NCBI GenBank assembly: GCA_964016885.1
Contig: OZ024740.1
Location: 159,030,001 to 159,094,000, forward strand
Direction of reading: 5' to 3'
DNA: 64,000 bases
Source: Eledone cirrhosa
Lineage: Eukaryota
The notes beneath the pieces are model-generated. The model saw only the letters and a list, made by a program, of their open reading frames with translations, did no database searches and had not been told where the DNA came from. Made by a program: the position numbers and the translations under genes. This document shows positions 55,981 through 64,000 of this stretch, one piece after another; the first letter of the stretch is position 1, and each line of letters opens with the position of its first letter.

Positions 55981-56360
55981 ATAATTGTTTCTACGTTAGG
56001 CACAAGGCCAGCAATTCCCAGTGTATTACTGGTACTTTATTTTATCGACCCCGTAAGGATGAAAGGCAAAGTTAACCTCGGCGGGATTTGAACTCAGAAT
56101 GGCAAGGACCGTAACTCTAGGCGTCAAAGCATCGCGTCCGACCCTCTACCAATACTGCCAAAATGGTTTCTGATTTAGATACAAGGCCTACAATTTTGGG
56201 AGAGGGGAAATTCGATTAAATCGACCCCAGTGCAATACTGGTGCTTTATTTATCGACCCCATAAGGATGAAAGGCAAAACTAACCATGGCGGGATTTGAA
56301 CACAGACCATAAAGGGCCGCAACTCTGTGCTGCAAAGCATGATGTCTGACACTCTTACCG
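55981..56360 (-). mobile_element. Two tandem SINE family 1 copies (55981-56160, 56163-56360)
   Basis: Reverse complements of the 13926/52401 consensus. Confidence 0.88.
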
Positions 56361-56931
56361 GCAAAATAGTCTGGGGCTCATTTTACCGTGACCGGCAAAA
56401 TAGCCGCTTCAAAAAAAAATAAAAAAGACAATTAAAGTAACAAAACTTGTTAACGTAAAATCTCGTTTATAATAATTACTTTATTGGAGTGACATAACTA
56501 CCCTCAAAGTTCGTAACTTATTGTGGAATTTCTATACAATTTATGTTTGTGGTTGTTTCATACCAGGGATTCTATTTAACAGATTTCCATTGTTCTTTTA
56601 TTTGTCGACGTGTGATGTTAATCTGGCAAAGGTATTTCTAGAGAACTGAAAATATAAATTCATTCATATTTATCAGAATGGAGCAGCAGTATATACTGAA
56701 GGGGTTGAAATCAAAGGAATTTGATTTCAATCATTGACTCCTACCCCACCTACAACAGTGTATACTGCTACTTGTTCTTATATCAATATTCAGCTTGTTT
56801 TATACGGTGGTAGGACCGATCAATGTAGCATGGAAACATACCCGAGGTTACTCTAATTCCAAATATATAAGGCTTGAGTCTATAAGCCAGAAACCCATGC
56901 GGATTTTCAAATACAGAAATACGCATGCATT

Positions 56932-57114
56932 GTGAATTGGCAGTATCGCTAGAGGGTTGGACGTCATGCTTTCTAGCATAGTTACGTCCCTTTATGGTCT
57001 GAGTTCAAATCCCGTCGAGGTTAACTTTGCCTTTCATCCTTATGGGGTCGATAAAATTACCAGTAATGTACTGGGTATTTGCTGGCCTTGTGCCAAAAGT
57101 AGAAACAATTATTA
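56932..57114 (+). mobile_element. SINE family 1
   Basis: Matches 24920-25108. Confidence 0.88.
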
Positions 57115-57166
57115 TAGATTTATATATAAGAAAAGAAATAGGCAATATTAGTACTTAGTACTGAAG

Positions 57167-57285
57167 TGAAGGTGCGTGGCTTAGTGGTTAGAGATTTGGT
57201 TTCGAAATCGCGAGGTTGAGAGTTCATTTCTCGGATTGGGAGATGCGTTGTATCTTTGAGCAGGACACTTTTTCATGTTGCTCCT
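57167..57285 (+). mobile_element. tRNA-derived SINE (family 2) 5' part
   Basis: GTGGCTTAGTGGTTAG A-box, degenerate B-box, TTGAGCAGGACACTTT..ATGTTGCTCC. Confidence 0.72.
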
Positions 57286-59967
57286 CCTGCCAGGAGTTGT
57301 GACCGGTAGATAGTATCAGCAATGGAAACATTGTTTCCTTGGTCTGATTCAACGAGGTCCTCCCCACTCGGCAAGCGAATGAGGTCTGGGATCTTGTTGA
57401 TTGATCAGAGCCAATACTTAGTTGGTAACGTTAAATTGTACCAGCTTGGTCCTACCTACCTATATTATATATATATATATATACAGCATGGCCGGATGGT
57501 TGTGTCTTTTACCACAGCCTTGAGAGTGAAATTGAGTATCAGATTGTGCCTGTAATCCAATGGTTCATTTATGCCACATTGATTCTGTTAGATGATCACG
57601 TTAAATGTACACGTGTCTGTGGAATATTGAACCGCTAAAATGCGAATTCAATGAATAGGCAGATAATTCATTTGATCGGTCAGCTTCAATATCGGTGACA
57701 AATAATCTGTTTGATATTTGCAACTACATTATTGTTGAGTTAATAGACGTGATATATAGCTGCTATGTCTAGCGGTTTTTATACCCGTCACTAATCTACA
57801 AATATTTACTCGGTTGCTTAATCTATGCATGAGTGAACATTTGCACCATTATGGAACGGCAGTGGAGACTCTCCGTTTACTAATAGTTAAATATTAATTT
57901 ATCTAACTTTGTAAAAATTAATATCCCCTCCCTCTCCATCCTCTCCCTCTGTCTCTACACACACAAACACACATATATACACACATGTACATAGAATAAC
58001 TGCAGCGAATATACTACAAAACACTAAAGAACGAATGAAGGCACCAAAACATGATCACTCGTAAAGCATGAAATAACACAAAAGATAATGTAGACTTAGA
58101 TATAATATATTTGAATAAATGATGCAATATTCACATATGGTAAGACTTATGTCAAGGCTTTGTTGTTTGGCTCCATCTGAGGCTAAACACACAATTACCA
58201 AAGCCACTACAATCCTTCTCAATACAACAACGGCAAATTGACACTCGATACCACGTAGGACAATATGATCTGTCAGTATTTTTCTGGCTTTCTAGACCTG
58301 TAGTTCAAATCCATCAGATATCCACTTTGCCTTTCATCTGTCTGAGATCGATAAAATAATCTTCCAGTGCATGGTTGTAGATTTGCGAAATGAGGTATTT
58401 CCTCTGTCTCATTGCGTTCTAAAGTCAAATACATTTGTATCGTCTTGGGTGGTAATGGTAGCTTTAATCTGTTGCCCAGTTTAGCATCACCATCCTGCAA
58501 TTGGGTGCATTTAGCGGATTCCTCTCTGTTGCAAATATTCGGACCAGGTTTTCGGCTTCAGGACACCGTTTTCCCCTCCTCTCACCCCCCCCTCGAAGGC
58601 TATGAAAAAAAAAAAAAAGAAATCGCGCCATCATAGAAATTCAAGCGAATGAGGAAGCCTCTATGTGCTAGAAATAGCATCCAAACTTTCTTGATATCAT
58701 ACCATACTTTTGACGGGAATATGCGATATAAGGAAAGATAGATTGAATAATATAATATATCTGAAATATCTTTTATCTTAGGTGTACATGATCGTAGTTG
58801 ACTTGAGGCTATACACTAAAAGTAACAACAACACAAGGATGCTGTGACCTTTGCTGAACACATAAGTTGGAAAAGTGACAGAATATATAAGTCACAACAG
58901 CATGTTTGCTAATAGGAATTTATATAATGATATTATAGTTGTTTGAATGTGGTAGATGTGATATTTAGATATGGGGGTGTTACAATGGTGGATGTGCTGC
59001 TGATAGAGGTGGTTTTCCAGCGATATTTGTTGGTGACTTTCTAAGAGTATTGGGGATGGGTTTGTTGTAAAATCTGGCTGCTATTTCTAGCAGGTCAAAC
59101 GATTATTTAGAAACCCTCTCGTTGGAGGTTTGTGGTAGTGGAAGTAATATTGGCAGAGTTAATCTTATTGGTTACGATGGTGTTGACTATTGTAGTAGTA
59201 ATGGTGTTAGTAGTAACAATGAAATTATTGATTATTGTAAGTAGTAATTGTTGTTTGTTGTAGTTCAGGTTAGTTTGAACATACGTACAGATAAAGGCAT
59301 TTCCCCATGAACACTAAATCTTTCACTTGTGGGTTGCATATCTAGGACTAGATTATTCAATGCAACTCTTCCGTTTCAAGACAATATGATGTAATAATTT
59401 AAGGGAGATTTTGCAGCTATTTCGTGTTGGTTGAGTGAAAACGTTGGTCAGATGGTAATTAGTATTGGAGTATCTAACTGTAATTGACAAGTACCTTGAT
59501 CTGAATACTTACAGCAGCGTAAACTCTGCTAAAATCATCAAAGGAATAGGCAGTAGTGTTAAACTGGTTGACAGATTAAATCTAGCATTCAAGTAGGCCC
59601 CTATAGGGTTTGAAATCAGAACGCAATGAGCCAGTATAAATACTGCAAGTGCTCTAATGATATCGCCAGTTTACATTCTTGGAGTGTTACTTTATTTCAT
59701 CGACCGCTACAGGATTAGAACTCAGAATACAAGAGCGGAGTACATTTTTATTATCTCACCCGTTTCTGAGACGGATGTTATGGAATACTTGGGTAGAGAA
59801 ATCATAGAAGATGAATAACTTACGTCGATTTTGAAGATCACATTCGTTCAAAACACATCAAAATTCATTAAAAAAAACATATTTCAGCCCAAACTATCAA
59901 CTAACTGTCCTTGAAATTAACAATTAAAACAATAAATACTATAAGACCCGTCTCAGAGACGAGTGTA

Positions 59968-60152
59968 ATAATGGTTTCAGATTTAGGCAAAAAGCCAACA
60001 TCAAACGATTAAATCCACCCCAGTGTGTTACTGGTACTTTACTTCGTTGTAGGCAAAGCTAATCTCGGCGGGATTTAAAATCAGAACGTAAAGGGCCGTA
60101 ACGCTATGCCATGGAGCATGGTGTTTGACGATCTACCGATACTGCTAATCCA
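59968..60152 (-). mobile_element. SINE family 1, diverged
   Basis: AGGCAAAGCTAATCTCGGCGGGATTTAAAATCAG...CTACCGATACTGCTAATCCAC. Confidence 0.78.
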
Positions 60153-60457
60153 CAGAGTCGACTGTAACTAAAATTACCAAAACCGGAATAAATACCGCAA
60201 GGCGTTTTATCTGATACTTTAATATTTAGTTGTAATTACAGTGATTAAAAGATTGTCTTGCTTTTGATATTGGTGATGATGATAGTAATATTGGTGTTAG
60301 TTGTAATAAGAGACGTGTTGTTAGTAGCAGTATTGATGGTAATAGTATCCTTGGTGGTCATACTTATGTCTGGCTGTTAGCCCTGATTGAGCAGACTTAT
60401 GTTCAAAGGTATTCCAGCTAAGACCTAGTGTATCTAAGACTATATTATCTCATGAAA

Positions 60458-60646
60458 GCGGTGGATTAGAGGAATCGCTCAAGCGCCAGACAGCATACTT
60501 AGCGACATAGAGTTACGCCTCTTTACGTTCTGAGGTCAAATTCCGCCGGTCGATAAATAAAGCACCAGTAAGGCACTGGGGTAAATTTAATTGACTTTCC
60601 TGCCCCATTCAAATTGCTGGCCTTGTGTCTTAAGTAGAAACAATTA
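60458..60646 (+). mobile_element. SINE family 1, diverged with internal deletion
   Basis: GCGGTGGATT...GAGGTCAAATTCCGCC|GGTCGATAAA...GCTGGCCTTGTG. Confidence 0.78.
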
Positions 60647-61559
60647 TCTCATATATCGTTTTTTAAAAGCGCTGGTGGAGTGATATGAGGGAGATTTTGC
60701 TGCTTTTTTTAACAAGTTGAAAAATCTAGAGGCGCATTCCTTGCTGCAGCTGCTAGTGGTGGTGATAGTTGTGGGGTGAGGTCGTAGTTAGTGGTGGTTT
60801 TGGAGCACTGTTGATAAAAGTGATGGAATAAGTGTTGATGGTGGTTGTGATGACATTGGTAACAGTGATGTCAGCAATGTCGATAAGATAATTATGCCTG
60901 TCTTTAGTGTTGTTGATGGTAGCTGTGGACGTGGAAATACAATTGTGTAGCAATCATGGTTGTAGAGAGCATAAAGATTTTGATGCATATGATGCTAGTG
61001 GGAAGAGAATAGCGAGAGGAAGACTGGGGAAAGGAGAGAATCAGAGAGAGAAAGAGAGAAAGCGAGAAAGAGAGAAAAAGAGAGAGAGGGTCTGTGTGTG
61101 TATGAGAGTGAGGAATAGTCTATAGGTCATCATATTGGTCAAGAATTATGCTGGAGGATAAAAACACTTTAATGATAATCTCATTCCTTTGATGAGAACG
61201 AATATTTGTTTTAGAAGATCCTAAAATATTTCCTTGATCTGTCAGACATGTTTAATTTTCTGCAAATATTTCTTTTGATTTCAAATTACAACTTGTATTT
61301 TTAAGGAGCCATCTTGCTTTCAACTTTCCTTGGATTTCTTCTTTGGCATTTCATACGTAATGCTACACCACTCGTCACCCATAGCCCACATATTTCACTC
61401 TTGTTTCACCGACACGCCACCTTTATTCCATCCATATTCGATCCACAGTTAAAAACAGTAGTTTCCAAATATATTTTCGAAAAACCATAGTTTGAGATTT
61501 CAAATCTCGACGAACACATACCTATATATTATGAACATCTCCACCATCCTAATTTTAAT

Positions 61560-61764
61560 AGTTTCTTATATAGGTACAAGGCCAGCAATTTAGGGGAGGG
61601 TGAAGTCGATTAAATCGACCTCAGTGCGTGAGTGGTACTTTATTTTATCGACCCCGTAAGGATGAAAGGCAAAGTTAACCTCGACGGGATTTGAACTCAG
61701 ATCATAATGGGCCGTAACTCTATGCGGCAAAGCATGGCGTCCGACCCTCTACCGATACTGCCAA
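61560..61764 (-). mobile_element. SINE family 1
   Basis: Reverse complement of 13926-14148. Confidence 0.88.
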
Positions 61765-61879
61765 TAATTTTAATAAGACATTAAATGAAAAAAACACATT
61801 AGAAAAAGAGATTTATCTAATGGAACTCGCATCAGGAAATACCGCATTACGGATATTCGAACTACACGCCACATTTCAA

Positions 61880-62600
61880 CCATGCTTCACGTAAACTCTA
61901 TATATATTCTACTCATACACCACGGAAACCCAACATATGTTCTATTTATATTTCACCCTCACTCCATATATATTCTCCTGTTATGAGTATAACAGGAGAA
62001 TATATATGGAGTGAGGGTGAAATATGCCTGAATTCTACTCATACTTCACGCACACCCAAGAGATATTTCAACAATAATTCACGCACAGATATTTCAACAA
62101 AGGTATATATATTCTACTCACATTCCACGCACACTATACATATATTCTATTATACATATATATTCCACGCACATTCTAGATATATTTATATTGAGATACT
62201 ACACACATTCTACATATATTCTTTCCACACTCCATGCACACACTTCATATATTTTACCTACACACGAACATTTTACACATATTCTAATCATACATTATGG
62301 GCATACTCACACACCACCCACATTCTACATATACTCTACTCACACACCACGTACATTCTACCATTCTACATTATGTTATATTCACACTCCATGTACACTC
62401 TACATATAATTTATTTATACTTTACCCTCACTTCATCTACATTCTACTCATATTTTGCACTCACTCCATCTATATTCTGTTCATACTTCAATCACTGTCC
62501 GCCTATATTCTATTCATATTCCACGCACTATATATATACTCTCAATGTATATTCTACCCATATTTTACACACATTTCATCAATATTCTACTCACGACTTG
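61880..62600. repeat. Degenerate ATATTCTAC(T/G)CA(T/C)AC minisatellite with an embedded perfect hairpin (61948-62025)
   Basis: Many atattctactca/attccacgcac units. The hairpin has a 37-bp perfect stem and a GAGT loop. Confidence 0.75.
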
Positions 62601-63498
62601 CTCACACTGATGGCTCGTCGTTGTAGTTATTGTAATGGTGATTGAACAATTTATTTACCAGTCGGATAACCATTTATAGTGAAGGGGAATGCGGTTCCAC
62701 AGCGGTGGGCTAGTGGTTCTAGTTAGCATATCAACCAGTTAACCGTTTTAAGGCGGAGAGATATGTGGTCTTCAGGTGATAAGCTAGTCATTGTAAGCCT
62801 ATTTGTGAATAACAATGTACCTAGCAATCGGGTACCATGTAAAGGTGGAAACGAATATGATTCAGATTCACTGTGTCTGTCAACGTCACCCAACAATATT
62901 TCATATAAAGAAAATAAACTAGAATGTATAAATGACTAAGAATGAAAGAGTAGGCACGCGATTCTGTCAACCTATTTGACGGTTCCAAAGGAATTTTATA
63001 TATTTATTTAATATTATTCGATTTGTTTATGTCAAGAGAGCAAAGAATTGATGTTGAGAACGTTTTTCACAAGACAGGTCAAGTGAATAAAGGTTAGATG
63101 TTAAAAAATGATCGATGCAGTTTGAAATAATAGATTTGACGAAAGTAAAAATTCTCTGTGTTACCTATTATATTTGTCGTCTAAAAGTTATTTACACTAA
63201 CCTTTCGTTAGCAATGGAATCGCACATTTTTCAGAGTGATACGATTGAGTGGATTGGCTGCAACCCTCCAATTGGCTACGAAGGGGTTTTCTGGAGGACT
63301 TTTCAAATGGTTGTATGTAATATATATTCATGGGTTGTGGCCATGCTGGTCCATACATATTAAAACTAAAACGTTCGTAAATAACAAACCGAAGTTACAT
63401 ATCCTCGCAGAGTCTGTCACTTAATGTTTAATATTGAACATTTTTTAGCTAACTTCATTAAGTATGCTAACGCAGAATTTACTGTTGAGTTTTCATAC

Positions 63499-63622
63499 AG
63501 CAGGTGTTCCTGGACATTCACGATATTTGTTCTTTGAAGTTAAAAGCGCCACTGATTTCATTAAAAAGTCCTCTATATCAGAGACATGACAGTCCGGTTG
63601 GTTATGCTTCGCTGAAGATGTT
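63499..63622 (-). CDS. Candidate internal exon
   Basis: Acceptor TGTTCTGTTTTATAG (or TATTTTGTAG, exon start 63658), open frame TSSAKHNQPDCHVSDIEDFLMKSVALLTSKNKYRECPGTPA, donor GCT|GTATGA in phase 0. Confidence 0.33.
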
Positions 63623-64000
63623 CTATAAAACAGAACAATGTCCAAAGTTGTCACCGTACTACAAAATATCAAACTCACTTCACATTGTATTCTATATTTA
63701 ATTTGAATTAAAACCCTGGAGTTGCCTCTCTTGCCTTTTTTGCTAGAATTAGTAATTTTGATAATGTGGTCTTATAACTAATGTATAATTGTAATAAATT
63801 AAAATGTTGTGGCTTATTACATCAAATATACTAGCTCCAATGTGTTGTCTCTCCTGTTAATGCTACTAATATTAACTAAGAGTAAAGGCCGACACAACTT
63901 GGTGCACATTCCAGAAATCGAGCTTACAACCTAACTATCGTCAGCCGAACGCCTTAACCATTAAGCTACACGGATTCATATATATAAACATATATAAATA

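Noticed and set aside
58273-58636. Short ORFs with plausible amino-acid composition
   Set aside because: They overlap a decayed SINE (58290-58370) and have no convincing splice signals or recognisable domain.
61983-62645. 220-aa H/T/Y/I-rich ORF
   Set aside because: Product of a G-poor degenerate minisatellite that lacks stops by composition.

Overview
AT-rich, microsatellite-saturated animal (eukaryotic) DNA. The (TA)n/(CA)n/(TACA)n density and the SINE families suggest an octopod cephalopod (inference). Almost all recognisable content is transposon-derived: two near full-length but disrupted R4/Dong-clade RLE LINEs plus two 3' fragments, all abutting (ACAT)n; a 5'-truncated Tx1/L1 LINE with a 17-bp TSD; two Penelope-like (GIY-YIG) elements with inverted duplications; a non-autonomous Helitron with intact ends; Tc1 and mariner ends; RTE and CR1-group fragments; about 15 tRNA-derived SINE copies; and a tandem array of ~610-bp non-coding elements with (TATG)n tails. 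The most notable non-coding signal is about a dozen intact or degenerate type I hammerhead ribozyme motifs from several sequence families. Several sit in small, non-coding, fold-back units bounded by (TA)n. One or two candidate host-gene exons lie on the minus strand (50624-50776, 63499-63622). There is a 200-N assembly gap at 512-711. All alignments and folds were done by eye, so boundaries are approximate.
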